A stretch of 64,000 nucleotides of DNA from a virus. The notes beneath the pieces were generated by a model, which saw only the letters and a program-made list of their open reading frames with translations, ran no database searches and had not been told where the DNA came from. The stretch spans positions 19,922-83,921 of the IMG/VR virus record IMGVR_UViG_3300047320_000210; one strand, given 5' to 3'. How positions within the stretch are numbered: position 1 is the stretch's first letter; every line of letters begins with the position of its first letter. Made by a program: the position numbers and the translations under genes. Shown here piece after piece: positions 48,044 to 56,844 of this stretch.

Positions 48044-48280
48044 CTACAGGGAACCGTAGCCGTCTTTTTCAAGCGAGGCCTTGATCAGCCCGCTCAGGGT
48101 TTTCGGACCTTCATCGTCTTCTTTGTTCTGCAGCCGACGTTCCTCCAGTCGACGCACCAGCGACTTCGGTAGGCTGATCGACAGCGACACCGGCACGTCC
48201 TTGACCCCGTCGTAGGGGATGTCGGACAGCTTTTTCTGCAGCCGCGCGGCGACGTCGGTCGCGGTTTCGGACTTAGACAT
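48044..48280 (-). CDS. Small ribbon-helix-helix partition partner (ParG-like)
   Basis: Overlaps the parA stop; VSLSISLP strand followed by two helices. Confidence 0.65.
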   Translation of the reverse strand: MSKSETATDVAARLQKKLSDIPYDGVKDVPVSLSISLPKSLVRRLEERRLQNKEDDEGPKTLSGLIKASLEKDGYGSL

Positions 48281-48914
48281 GGAACACCTCGGTCATCAGT
48301 TCATTGATCTCTTGGATCGCGTCTTTGTTGCGTAGCTCCAGCACCGACAGCCCGAGGTCGGTGCTGTCCTTGTAGACCTTGCGCGAGCGGCCGATGCTGT
48401 TGAGCACTTCGAATTCAGGGAAGGCCGCCAGCCTCTTGAGGAATTTCGCCCGTTCGCTGACCCTGCCAGCGCTGTGCGTGCTGGCGATGGCCTGATAGAC
48501 CAACACCCGCAGCTTGGGGTTTTCCGGCTTGATTTCGGCGTACTGTTTGCGCAGCTGGCGCAGCGTGTCGAGGTCGAAGTCGCTGCACTGGTGCGGCGCG
48601 ATCACCACGTCCGCCACCACCATGGAGGTGATCAGCTCGGCGCTGTTGCGCCCGGCGACGTCGACCAGCACATGGTCGTACTGGGCGGCGAGACGGGTGA
48701 CGGCGTCCACCAGATTGCCGTACTTCTGCGTGAGGGGCACCTTCGGCAGGTGGTTGCCCGCTTCCCGGTGGCCATACCACAGGTGACCGCTGGCCTGGCC
48801 GTCGGCGTCGAGCACGCAGACGTTCTTGCCCTTGCGCATCAGCCCCACCGCGAGGTTCACGCAGGTGGTGGACTTGCCGGCGCCGCCCTTGTTGCACCCG
48901 CACACGACGATCAC
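48273..48914 (-). CDS. parA: ParA-family Walker-type partition ATPase (type Ib, no N-terminal HTH)
   Basis: KGGAGKST deviant Walker A; LDADGQ; VLVDVAG. GTG start at 48914 with AGGT RBS. Confidence 0.9.
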   Translation of the reverse strand: MIVVCGCNKGGAGKSTTCVNLAVGLMRKGKNVCVLDADGQASGHLWYGHREAGNHLPKVPLTQKYGNLVDAVTRLAAQYDHVLVDVAGRNSAELITSMVVADVVIAPHQCSDFDLDTLRQLRKQYAEIKPENPKLRVLVYQAIASTHSAGRVSERAKFLKRLAAFPEFEVLNSIGRSRKVYKDSTDLGLSVLELRNKDAIQEINELMTEVFHV

Positions 48915-48966
48915 GGGGTCATACCTGCAAAGTTCATGTTTCTTCTCCCGGGGCGTGAAAAACCAG

Positions 48967-49029
48967 TGGGTACTGTGTACCCATCGCGGGAGCGTAGCCA
49001 GAGCGCTGCGAATAAGCAATTGCTTATTC
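48967..49029 (-). promoter_or_regulatory. Putative parA promoter with two palindromic operators
   Basis: TTGCTT-N17-TACGCT on the - strand (49019-48991). The -35 lies in a perfect 20-bp palindrome GAATAAGCAATTGCTTATTC (49010-49029); TGGGTAC-TGT-GTACCCA (48967-48983) is downstream. Confidence 0.6.
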
Positions 49030-49284
49030 CTGATTCGTAGCCCGGCGCGCCTCGGCCCAGCGGCGGTTCTGCGCGTCGGTCATCAGCCAGAACATGCGCT
49101 GGCTGGCTTCCCAGTCGATCACGCCGGCGATCTGCAGGCCGATCAGCACGCCCTGGACGAGGGCGAAACTGGTGTGCGGGTCGGCGGTTTCCGGCCAGCG
49201 CACCTTGAGCAGCTGCTGGCGCAGGAATTCCCACTGCAGCGGGTGCACGGTGGGACGGGTCGGGGTTTGTTCGAGACAACTCAT
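49024..49284 (-). CDS. Small hypothetical protein
   Basis: AGGGAG RBS. Confidence 0.6.
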   Translation of the reverse strand: MSCLEQTPTRPTVHPLQWEFLRQQLLKVRWPETADPHTSFALVQGVLIGLQIAGVIDWEASQRMFWLMTDAQNRRWAEARRATNQE

Positions 49285-49342
49285 GACGTTCTCCCTTTCT
49301 CGGTAAGCATAGGGCAGGCGCCGAAACACCCGCCCAAGGTGC

Positions 49343-49741
49343 TCAGGCTGACGCCTTCACGGCGACCTGGCTGGTGTCCTTGAACGGCTTCTCCCAAGTG
49401 CCGAAGGTCAGGTCGATGTAATGCCCGACGTCGAAGTAGTCGGTCATGATGTCGCTGTTGTTGTAGTTGTCGTGGTTCATCGCGTCGACGATCTTCCCGA
49501 CCTGCTCGCGCAGTGCCTCGTCCTTGATGTGCTCCTTGTACCAATAGACGTTGACGTTGTAGTAGGTCTCGTTGCGCAGGTTGACGGGGGTCTTGCCCAG
49601 CACGTCCACCGGCGCCGAATACACGGTGCAGATCAGCGTGCTGTGGTGGTGCACCTTGAGGCTGTACTTCCAGTCTTTGGGCACCACGTCCTTCAGCAAC
49701 TTGGCGATTTCGGCTTTGTGTTCCTGGCTCATGTAGGCCAT
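49343..49741 (-). CDS. Polyvalent-protein-associated (LPD29-like) early protein
   Basis: AAGGAG RBS; C-terminal NNSDIMTDYFDV motif. Confidence 0.55.
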   Translation of the reverse strand: MAYMSQEHKAEIAKLLKDVVPKDWKYSLKVHHHSTLICTVYSAPVDVLGKTPVNLRNETYYNVNVYWYKEHIKDEALREQVGKIVDAMNHDNYNNSDIMTDYFDVGHYIDLTFGTWEKPFKDTSQVAVKASA

Positions 49742-49766
49742 GTCGTTCTCCTTTCTACGGGCGTGA

Positions 49767-50271
49767 GTGGGCCTGCCGGGGTGGTTGGCTGGCCCATGGG
49801 GTTCGGGGGTTGGGGTGTGGCGGGGGTCAGACTTTCTTGAAGAAGCGTTCCACGTCAGCAATTCTGAGCTTGTAGCGCTTGCCCTCGGTGTTCTCGACCA
49901 CCCACGGGAATTCCGCACTGCGGCTGCTGTGTTTGACCAACCGGCTGACGCCGATGCGCGGGATGTCCGGCCGCAGGCTCGGGTCATAGCCGAACATCGT
50001 GGCGTACTGGATCGCCATGGATTCTTCGCTGCTCATCTTGCCCTTCACCTTGAACTCCACCTTGAGGGTGCAGGAACCTTCGCCAAAGGTGATGTTGCCC
50101 GGCTTGGCCTCGATCAGCGGGTCAAGGTCTTTGAGCGCCTTGTCCACCAGGGCGCGCAGCAGTTTCAGGTTGACCTTGTTGAAACCATCTTTGAACACGG
50201 AGTTGTCTGACATGGTGGTGCTCCTTTTCAGGCACGGGTGGGCCTGCCGGGGTGACTGGCTGGCCCATGGG
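49767..50271. repeat. Two 34-bp direct repeats (49767-49800 and 50238-50271) flanking one gene
   Basis: GTGGGCCTGCCGGGGTG(GT/AC)TGGCTGGCCCATGGG; 32 of 34 positions identical. Confidence 0.85.
49827..50213 (-). CDS. Hypothetical early protein
   Basis: AAGGAG RBS; 128 aa. Confidence 0.7.
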   Translation of the reverse strand: MSDNSVFKDGFNKVNLKLLRALVDKALKDLDPLIEAKPGNITFGEGSCTLKVEFKVKGKMSSEESMAIQYATMFGYDPSLRPDIPRIGVSRLVKHSSRSAEFPWVVENTEGKRYKLRIADVERFFKKV

Positions 50272-50281
50272 TTCTAGGGGT

Positions 50282-50470
50282 TTACTCGGGTTTTTCGTAC
50301 TTCTTCAGCACCTGGGCCGCCTGGCCGCAGGGGTGGCTGGGCGGTTCATCCCAGCCGCCGACGTAGCCCATCAGCTCGCGCAAGGCGGCGAGCAGTTCGT
50401 CGCGTTCACGCTTGAGATCGGTCACCTGCTGGCCGATCTCTAGGTGGCTGTGCACGTTCTTCCTTTTCAT
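50282..50470 (-). CDS. Small hypothetical protein
   Basis: GAGGA RBS; ELLAAL motif. Confidence 0.55.
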   Translation of the reverse strand: MKRKNVHSHLEIGQQVTDLKRERDELLAALRELMGYVGGWDEPPSHPCGQAAQVLKKYEKPE

Positions 50471-50759
50471 GGTCGGGTTCCTCGGGCAGTTTGATCAGCA
50501 GGGTGACGCCGTGCCGGCTGCCGCCGAGGCCGGAGCGGCACAGCTCGCATTCCTGCCAGCTGAACTCGTCCTCGCCGTAGCCTTCCGGGTCGTCCTCGGT
50601 CGGGCTGATCCCGCAGACGAAGTGGGCGTCCTTGCCGTCCGCTTCGCGGGCTATCGCCTCGTCGAACTCGCTGGCCTCGCGGTCCTCGGGGACGTCGCCG
50701 TTGGCGATGTACAGCAGGCAGTCTTGGCAGACGCTGTATTCAAGGGTGTCGAAGTTCAT
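50406..50759 (-). CDS. Cys-containing acidic hypothetical protein
   Basis: CQDC..FSWQECELC..GSRH; GGAGG RBS. Confidence 0.65.
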   Translation of the reverse strand: MNFDTLEYSVCQDCLLYIANGDVPEDREASEFDEAIAREADGKDAHFVCGISPTEDDPEGYGEDEFSWQECELCRSGLGGSRHGVTLLIKLPEEPDHEKEERAQPPRDRPAGDRSQA

Positions 50760-51037
50760 GGCTGACCCCTCCAGGCGAGGTACTTGGTTTTCTGTTCCTC
50801 GCTGAGCCAGTGGCCACGGTCCAGCAGGTCGACCCACACATCACCGTCAGCGTCCACGCTGGCGGTGATGCAGTTGAGCCATTCGCAAATGCCGTCCTCG
50901 TCGTCGGGGGTGATGGCCACCTCGACCAGCGCAGCAAATTGCGCCTGCTGGTCGCCTTCCCAAGTGGGCATTTCAGAGCGCCAGTTGTCCTCGGTGTCGA
51001 CCGAGCCCGTGGCGGGGTTCATCAGGTAGCGGAACAT
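50756..51037 (-). CDS. Small hypothetical protein
   Basis: GAGGT RBS; MNPATGSVDT. Confidence 0.6.
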   Translation of the reverse strand: MFRYLMNPATGSVDTEDNWRSEMPTWEGDQQAQFAALVEVAITPDDEDGICEWLNCITASVDADGDVWVDLLDRGHWLSEEQKTKYLAWRGQP

Positions 51038-51038
51038 G

Positions 51039-51596
51039 TCACACCTCGCTCAGCGGGCCGATCCAGTAGCCCTTGACGGTGACGCTGCCCTTCTCGTCCA
51101 GCTCCTTCGCCGCCGCTTCGGCCTTGGCGACGTGTGCCGGGGTCCCGCCGCCGCCGATCTGCAGCAGCGTCGTGCGGAGCGCGTCCTGCTTGACGCAGCC
51201 GATCTTGCCGTTGGGGCGGCGCATCCCGTAATACACGGCGGCGGGGTGGTCCTTGGGGACCTCGAACGCGTCGACGCAGATCGACGTCGACGTGACCTTG
51301 ATCCCGATGCACAGCAGGTTGGGGATTTCCAAGTAGCGCTGCAGGTCGGCGAGCGGCATGTGCTCGCCAAAGTCGTCGCCGCCGAACTGGGCGTGGGCGG
51401 TGTCATACCAGTCTTCATCCTTGCTCGGGTCGCAGCCCGGGAAGTAGAAAATGATCTTCGGCAGCGGGTCCATGCCGAGGGACATTCCGAGGTAGGCGCC
51501 CTGATCCTTGGCGATGAACCACTGGTCTTGCTTGTGCTCAATGCCGAAATCAACCAGCTCTTTAACCTGGCGGCGGGACAGTTCAATGGTAGGCAT
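51039..51596 (-). CDS. DUF3085-family protein
   Basis: KDQGAYL..GCDP..DW..GGDDFGE signature. Confidence 0.75.
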   Translation of the reverse strand: MPTIELSRRQVKELVDFGIEHKQDQWFIAKDQGAYLGMSLGMDPLPKIIFYFPGCDPSKDEDWYDTAHAQFGGDDFGEHMPLADLQRYLEIPNLLCIGIKVTSTSICVDAFEVPKDHPAAVYYGMRRPNGKIGCVKQDALRTTLLQIGGGGTPAHVAKAEAAAKELDEKGSVTVKGYWIGPLSEV

Positions 51597-51627
51597 GATG
51601 GTTTCCTTCTTAGGGAGGGGGTGGGTG

Positions 51628-52161
51628 TTACAGGTGGGCTTCGTTGCAGATCCGGGCCATGCGCACGTTCACTTCGCGGATGATCCGGCAATACATTTCC
51701 AGGCGATCCCCGGCGTCGAAGGCCTTATCGACCCCGTTCAACACGTCGTTGAGCGCGTCCATGATCTCGTCCGTGAGGCTGACGTCGCTTTCGAAAGGGA
51801 TGTCGCGCAGGTCGAGCCACGCCACGGTCTGCCCTTCGATCTGCAGGCCCAGCAGGCCGGTGACCGGCGTCTGGTCGGTGTCAGGGGTGGAGCAGCCCGA
51901 GGTGTCGGTGAGCATCAGCTCGCGGCCGTCAGCGGTCTTTTTCACCAGCGCCGTGCAGCCGCCGCCGGTCTGGACTTCTTCGAAGCCGTAGTCGGCCACC
52001 GGATCGGCGTCGAAGCGCCCGCATTCGGACATGTAGGGGTGGCGAATCTCCATGCCGTTTTCGCTGAAGGCCAGCAGGTACGCGCTGTACGGCACGTCTT
52101 CACGCTGATCGAGCAGGTGCATGCGGCCGTGGGTGGGGCGGGGGGTGTATGTGTCGTTCAT
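51628..52161 (-). CDS. Hypothetical early protein
   Basis: AGGA RBS; TGGGCTAL motif. Confidence 0.65.
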   Translation of the reverse strand: MNDTYTPRPTHGRMHLLDQREDVPYSAYLLAFSENGMEIRHPYMSECGRFDADPVADYGFEEVQTGGGCTALVKKTADGRELMLTDTSGCSTPDTDQTPVTGLLGLQIEGQTVAWLDLRDIPFESDVSLTDEIMDALNDVLNGVDKAFDAGDRLEMYCRIIREVNVRMARICNEAHL

Positions 52162-52165
52162 GGTG

Positions 52166-52696
52166 TCATTCCTGTTCGGCGATGCGTTTGAGGTCATCCA
52201 GGGTCACTTGCTCCAGCCACTCCGGGCCGAAATGGTTGCGCAGGTATTGCAGGTGGCCGCCGTCCGCGCCGTCCTTGGGGTAACTGGCCTTGTACCAGCA
52301 GCGGTGCAGCTCGGCCTTCCATTTGCCGCCCTCGCGGGTGGCGAAGACCAGCAGTGCGGCGGCTTGCTCTTTGGTGGGTCGGCGCACGACGGCGGCGGCG
52401 GTTGCCTTCGGCGCGTAGTCAGGGAACGACTGGCGGGCGAACTTCTGCACGTCCGGCGGCAGGTCGGCCCACTTCACCCGTTTGCCCAGGTGCGGGCCGG
52501 GTTGGGCCGAGCAGTGCTGGCCGAAGCCTTGCGGGTGGGACGGGTTGGCGCTGGCGCCGATGGCGTTGAACAGGCCGGGCGCGTTCTCGCGTTCTTCCTT
52601 GGCCCAGCGCGGGGGTACCACGGTGTAGCGGTCGCAGGTCTTGCCGCCGTTGTCGTAGCAGCGCAGGACGGTGCCGTAGCGTTCTATGATGGTCAT
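52166..52696 (-). CDS. Hypothetical early protein
   Basis: GGAGG RBS; YDNGG.T.DRYTVV..PQGFGQH..HLGKRV..DLP motif. Confidence 0.7.
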   Translation of the reverse strand: MTIIERYGTVLRCYDNGGKTCDRYTVVPPRWAKEERENAPGLFNAIGASANPSHPQGFGQHCSAQPGPHLGKRVKWADLPPDVQKFARQSFPDYAPKATAAAVVRRPTKEQAAALLVFATREGGKWKAELHRCWYKASYPKDGADGGHLQYLRNHFGPEWLEQVTLDDLKRIAEQE

Positions 52697-52699
52697 GGT

Positions 52700-53074
52700 T
52701 CAGCCCTCCAGCTTGGCCAGTTCTCGGGTGAATTTGTACTCGGCCTTCGGGTCGAGGTTGCGCACCCGCTCCCGCAGGTAGAAGAACAGCTGCGAGCAGT
52801 GTTCGTCTTCCGAGTCGACGTTCTCCATGAACCACCACAGGGCGGACACCAGCGGGCGACCGTCGAGGTAGTTGGTGATCTGTTCGTAGGTCATGGGCGC
52901 CGGCGGCAGCCCTTTCTCGGCTTCCTGGGCCAAGGCGCGCAGGACCGCGACCGGTTCGATGTAGGCCGAGGTCGGGGACGCGCTGGCGATCAGGTCGGCC
53001 TTGCTGCGGGCACCGGCGGCGATGTCGCGCAGGCGCTTGGCCAGTTGGTCAACGGTGGGTAGGGTGTCGTTCAT
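52700..53074 (-). CDS. Hypothetical early protein
   Basis: Coupled ORF; 124 aa. Confidence 0.65.
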   Translation of the reverse strand: MNDTLPTVDQLAKRLRDIAAGARSKADLIASASPTSAYIEPVAVLRALAQEAEKGLPPAPMTYEQITNYLDGRPLVSALWWFMENVDSEDEHCSQLFFYLRERVRNLDPKAEYKFTRELAKLEG

Positions 53075-53445
53075 AGCGGTATCTCTCTGTACAGGGTGTC
53101 ATTGGTTTGGTGAACCGGGCGGTAGCCCCGGCGCAGCAGGAACGGCAGCAGGTGCGGGTTGATCACGTTCTCGGCCACCACCGCCTGCAGACCGAGCGCA
53201 TCGGCGCGGCCCTCCAGCTGGCTCAGCAAGGCGCTGAACAGCCCTTGGTGCTGCGCCGACTCGGCGATCTGGCAATCCACCAACACTAGGGCGACCAGCA
53301 CCTGGCCTTGGCAAATGCGCGGGTTGATCCGCACGTAGAGGTCTATGGTTTCGCTGCGCAGCCGGGCGCGCACGATGTCGCGGGGATCATCGCGTTCTTC
53401 GGCGAGGATGGTCAGTTGGTCGAGGATGGAGGTGATCGCGGTCAT
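53071..53445 (-). CDS. GNAT-family acetyltransferase (putative)
   Basis: AQHQGLFSALL acetyl-CoA motif A-like; N..L..FL.RRGY motif B-like. Confidence 0.6.
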   Translation of the reverse strand: MTAITSILDQLTILAEERDDPRDIVRARLRSETIDLYVRINPRICQGQVLVALVLVDCQIAESAQHQGLFSALLSQLEGRADALGLQAVVAENVINPHLLPFLLRRGYRPVHQTNDTLYREIPL

Positions 53446-53894
53446 TTGATCACTCGGACGTTCTTCACATGCTCGGCGAGCAGCGCCTCGCCGCCATCGC
53501 TGCGGGCGCTTGCGATCCGCAGGTGGGCCGGCATCCAGCCCATCGACTTGCCCACGTAGAACCTAATGCGCTCGTCGAAATAGTCGGCTTCGACGCGCTT
53601 CCCTTCCAGACCGATCAGCGCGGGTACCAGCTCAATCGGGCAGCGGATGCCGGTCAGGTGGTTGAACTCCCCGCCTCGATCAAACATCTCGTCGCAGGCG
53701 GCAAAGTGTTCCTCGGTGCCCGGCTCTTGCGTGATCTCGGGCACCGGGCGCCCGGTGTAGCGCGGCTGTTCGCGCAGCCAAGCGGCAATGCCCTTGGCCT
53801 TGCGGTCGAGCACGTCGAAGCCGTAGCAGGTGTAGCCGTCGCCGGCTTCCATGACATACAGGCGCTGTTCGTGGTTGATGGAGTGGAGTTTCAT
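53442..53894 (-). CDS. Conserved phage hypothetical protein
   Basis: GAGGA RBS; LIGLEGKRVE..RFYVGKSMGWMP.HL..GG motif. Confidence 0.7.
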   Translation of the reverse strand: MKLHSINHEQRLYVMEAGDGYTCYGFDVLDRKAKGIAAWLREQPRYTGRPVPEITQEPGTEEHFAACDEMFDRGGEFNHLTGIRCPIELVPALIGLEGKRVEADYFDERIRFYVGKSMGWMPAHLRIASARSDGGEALLAEHVKNVRVIK

Positions 53895-53898
53895 GGCG

Positions 53899-54339
53899 TT
53901 ATTCCTCTTCGTCGTCTTCGTTGTCGTCACGGTTGTCATCGATAAACAGGCCGCCCTCCACCCTCATGGCATGTTCCATTTCAGCCCGGTCCACTCCCTC
54001 AATTTCGTCGGGGCCGATCACCACGACGACGTAGCCTTGATCGCGGGCGGCCTGCGCCAGCGCCTCCAGCCGGTCCTCGAACGCCTGGGTGTCCGCGTCC
54101 AGTTCATAGCTGAACTTCGACGAGCCGTAGCGCCTAACCGCCGCCAACACCAGATTCGGGTGCTGGCACTGGTCGAGGGCGAAGCGCAGCGCCTTGATCT
54201 GCTTCTCGTCGATGCCGGAACACAGGCGGTTCCAGCCGAAGGTGCAGTGCCAGCCGTGCAGGTAGTGCAGGTATTGCACGTCGCCGTGGGGGTCGGTGAT
54301 CTTCACCACGGCGGCGCGGGCGGGGTTGGCGGGGGTCAT
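53899..54339 (-). CDS. Hypothetical protein with acidic tail
   Basis: GAGGA RBS. Confidence 0.6.
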   Translation of the reverse strand: MTPANPARAAVVKITDPHGDVQYLHYLHGWHCTFGWNRLCSGIDEKQIKALRFALDQCQHPNLVLAAVRRYGSSKFSYELDADTQAFEDRLEALAQAARDQGYVVVVIGPDEIEGVDRAEMEHAMRVEGGLFIDDNRDDNEDDEEE

Positions 54340-54340
54340 G

Positions 54341-54724
54341 TCAAAACGTCCTCGACTGGGCTTCAAGGCGCAGGCCGCGCTCGTTCTCCACCAGCCAGCG
54401 TTGCAGCACAGTAACCACTGCGTCCTCCAGCCCCCACGCGGTTTTGGTGTCGTCGCCGGCGAGCAGGGTCAGCCAGTAGGCCAGCGAGTCCGGTTCGCTG
54501 GCCTCCAGAATCTCGATCCAGACGCAGCCGTCCCAGCGGTCGCCTTCATAGCAGTAGCCGGGCAGCAGGCGGGTCGCCAGTTCGGCGACGGTTTCGATCC
54601 GCCCGTAGTCGCCGGGCAAGAGCAGGCTGTCGCCTTCGGCGTCTTCGCTGCCCGCGCACTTGAGCATGCTGGCGGACAGCAGGACCTTGACGCAGGGGTC
54701 GTAGTGCCATGGGTTGGTAATCAT
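54341..54724 (-). CDS. Hypothetical acidic protein
   Basis: Preceded by the conserved junction/RBS motif. Confidence 0.65.
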   Translation of the reverse strand: MITNPWHYDPCVKVLLSASMLKCAGSEDAEGDSLLLPGDYGRIETVAELATRLLPGYCYEGDRWDGCVWIEILEASEPDSLAYWLTLLAGDDTKTAWGLEDAVVTVLQRWLVENERGLRLEAQSRTF

Positions 54725-54754
54725 GTTCGGGTTCCTTCTTAGGGAGGGGGTGGG

Positions 54755-55297
54755 TTAGTTGCCGGCTTTGTCGTCCCGTTCCAGATTGGAGTCGAGGTCG
54801 TTGTAGAAAGCGGCGCAGGTGGCGACTGAGTTGGCCGAATCGCTGTCCCACACGTCGACGACAAAGCCTTCGTCGTCGGCCTTGACGTTGATCGCGCCGG
54901 GCCGGTCGTCCCGGTGGATGTAGAGGTAATCACCCTCGGCGGACACGACGATGTACCAACTGCCGAGTCGGGCGTCGTCATCGCGACCCAAGCCGGGGAC
55001 GATCAGCGTGGCCCGGCGCAGCAGCTCGTCGTGGTCGGCCTTGTACACCGACACGTTGTTCCAGCCCGCCCTGTCGGCGTACATCGCCACCGGGGTCTTC
55101 ATTTCGCCGTAGTGCACGCTGGCCACGGGGCGCCACTGCGTGCCCTGCTCGTCCCACATTTCCGCGTGGGCGTAGCTCTGGAAGTCGCAGTTGTCGGAAC
55201 GGATGCGCAGGCGCAGGCGCCGCTCGCCGAAGCCGTAGGCCCACTCGGCGAGGGTGTGTTGACTGCCTTTGGCGATGCTGTGGTAGAGCAGGTTCAT
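54755..55297 (-). CDS. Hypothetical early protein
   Basis: Preceded by CCCGAGAAGGGAG junction motif. Confidence 0.7.
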   Translation of the reverse strand: MNLLYHSIAKGSQHTLAEWAYGFGERRLRLRIRSDNCDFQSYAHAEMWDEQGTQWRPVASVHYGEMKTPVAMYADRAGWNNVSVYKADHDELLRRATLIVPGLGRDDDARLGSWYIVVSAEGDYLYIHRDDRPGAINVKADDEGFVVDVWDSDSANSVATCAAFYNDLDSNLERDDKAGN

Positions 55298-55323
55298 GGC
55301 GGTTACTCCCTTCTCGGGTGGGG

Positions 55324-55497
55324 TTAGGACTGGCGTTCGCCGTCGACGATGTACCAGCCGCGCTCGGCGGCCGCGACCACGGCGGCGCCGTAGTCGCGGT
55401 GGTCGTGGGCGTCCCATTCCTTGCGCAGGACCTCCACCAGCTGGGCGTCGGTGAGGGTGCGGCAATACTGCACAAAGTCTTCGTCAATCGGGTTCAT
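55324..55497 (-). CDS. 57-aa hypothetical protein (below ORF-track cutoff)
   Basis: AAGGA RBS; MNPIDEDFVQYCRTLTDAQLVEVL...; stops at a junction motif. Confidence 0.6.
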   Translation of the reverse strand: MNPIDEDFVQYCRTLTDAQLVEVLRKEWDAHDHRDYGAAVVAAAERGWYIVDGERQS

Positions 55498-55513
55498 GGC
55501 GGGGTCCTTGGTT

Positions 55514-55541
55514 ATTAACTGTGAATTGCTAATTGCGAATT
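55514..55541. repeat. AT-rich heptad array C
   Basis: ATTAACT GTGAATT GCTAATT GCGAATT. Confidence 0.75.
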
Positions 55542-55950
55542 ACTGGTCGTCTTCGACTAGGTGCACGATCACCCAAATCTCCAGGTCGCGCGGGATGGCG
55601 GTGTCGACGTTGTACACGGCGTCTTCATCACCGCCGCGGCGGTCGCGCAGGTCCTGGTCATACGGCAGCACCATGCTGATCCGCACCGGGCTGGCCTCAC
55701 CCAGCTGCAGGCGGTGCCGGCCTTCCTGCAGAAACTTGCGCAGCTGATCCTTGAATGGGCCATAGGGGCTGTCGCCGGTGTCGACGGCGTCGAGGCAGAC
55801 GTCCAGATCCATCAGGTCGTCGTCCATGTCGATGGCTTCGTCGAAGGCGTCGGGGGCGACTTCGTAGACGCCCCAGTTGGCGTAGGGGCTGCCGTCGTGC
55901 GGGCCGACTTCGATCACGCCGGTCACGCGCGGGGGGTGTTTGAGGGGCAT
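55540..55950 (-). CDS. Acidic hypothetical protein
   Basis: AGGAG RBS. Confidence 0.6.
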   Translation of the reverse strand: MPLKHPPRVTGVIEVGPHDGSPYANWGVYEVAPDAFDEAIDMDDDLMDLDVCLDAVDTGDSPYGPFKDQLRKFLQEGRHRLQLGEASPVRISMVLPYDQDLRDRRGGDEDAVYNVDTAIPRDLEIWVIVHLVEDDQ

Positions 55951-55960
55951 GGCGGTTCTC

Positions 55961-56368
55961 CTAGTCAATGGCTTGGCCGATCTGTTCCCACTCGGCGTGC
56001 TGCACCGCGTACTCGCGCAGCCAGTGGTAGGCCTCGATCAGCCGGTCTTCTTCGCTGGTGTTGGCCAGCTCGCACAGGGCGTACAGGCTGGCGGTGATGC
56101 CGGCGGCGTCGGCGGACATCTCGCCTTCGTAGTAGTTGCCGTCCCAGCGCATCTGGTAGCGCTGCTCGCCGCGCGGCGCCATGTACCAGCCGCCGTTGCT
56201 CAGCTCGTAGAACTCCCAGTAGCCGCCGTGGTAGTCGACGCTGAGTTTGTCGAGGTAGGCCGGGAACAGGTTCTGCCCGACAAACAGGTGCTGGGTGCCG
56301 AGGCGTTTGGGCAGGAAGCCCAGGCGTTCGTCGCCGGGCACCAGGGCGCGGGTGATTTCTTCTTTCAT
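55961..56368 (-). CDS. klcA: ArdB/KlcA antirestriction protein
   Basis: R..FLP..DYHGGYWEFYELSNGGWYMAP..MSADAAGI..Y..LREYA..H.E..I..AID signature. Confidence 0.92.
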   Translation of the reverse strand: MKEEITRALVPGDERLGFLPKRLGTQHLFVGQNLFPAYLDKLSVDYHGGYWEFYELSNGGWYMAPRGEQRYQMRWDGNYYEGEMSADAAGITASLYALCELANTSEEDRLIEAYHWLREYAVQHAEWEQIGQAID

Positions 56369-56393
56369 GGGGGTTGCTCCCTTCTCGGGTGGG

Positions 56394-56840
56394 TTAGTCG
56401 GCCGCCAACAGCGCTTCGATGCGCTGGCGCACGGCGGCCGGGTTGGTGTGCTCGGTGGTGGGGTACTTGTCCCCGTCAAACAGGTGGAACGTCTGCCACT
56501 GGGTCAGGCCGAAGAACGTCATCACCGCGCCCCACGTCAGCAGTTGCTGGCCGTCGTGCTGGTAGGACGGCGGCATGGAGTGCAGCTCGCTGGCGCCAAA
56601 CTGCATGAACAGGCCTTCGGCGTTGAAGCGCCGATCAAGGCAGGCATGCCCGATCGCGCAGGCACTGAAGCCGCAGTCGGGGCGCACCAGGATCAGCCAT
56701 TCATTCAGGTCAAACAGGTGCTCGGGGCGCCAGCGATGGGGCAGCGGGGTGCCATCGGGGCGGGTGCCGGTCGGTTCCCAAGTGCCGGCCTCGACCTCGG
56801 CCAGCAGGGTGCACATCAATTGCAGGCGTTGGCGGTGCAT
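56394..56840 (-). CDS. Hypothetical protein
   Basis: CGFSACAIGHA motif; GAGG RBS. Confidence 0.65.
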   Translation of the reverse strand: MHRQRLQLMCTLLAEVEAGTWEPTGTRPDGTPLPHRWRPEHLFDLNEWLILVRPDCGFSACAIGHACLDRRFNAEGLFMQFGASELHSMPPSYQHDGQQLLTWGAVMTFFGLTQWQTFHLFDGDKYPTTEHTNPAAVRQRIEALLAAD

Positions 56841-56844
56841 GGTC

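Noticed and set aside
48915-49019. N-terminal extension of ParA in the ORF track
   Set aside because: It overlaps the promoter and operators; the GTG at 48914 with an AGGT RBS gives the canonical MIVVxxxKGG start.
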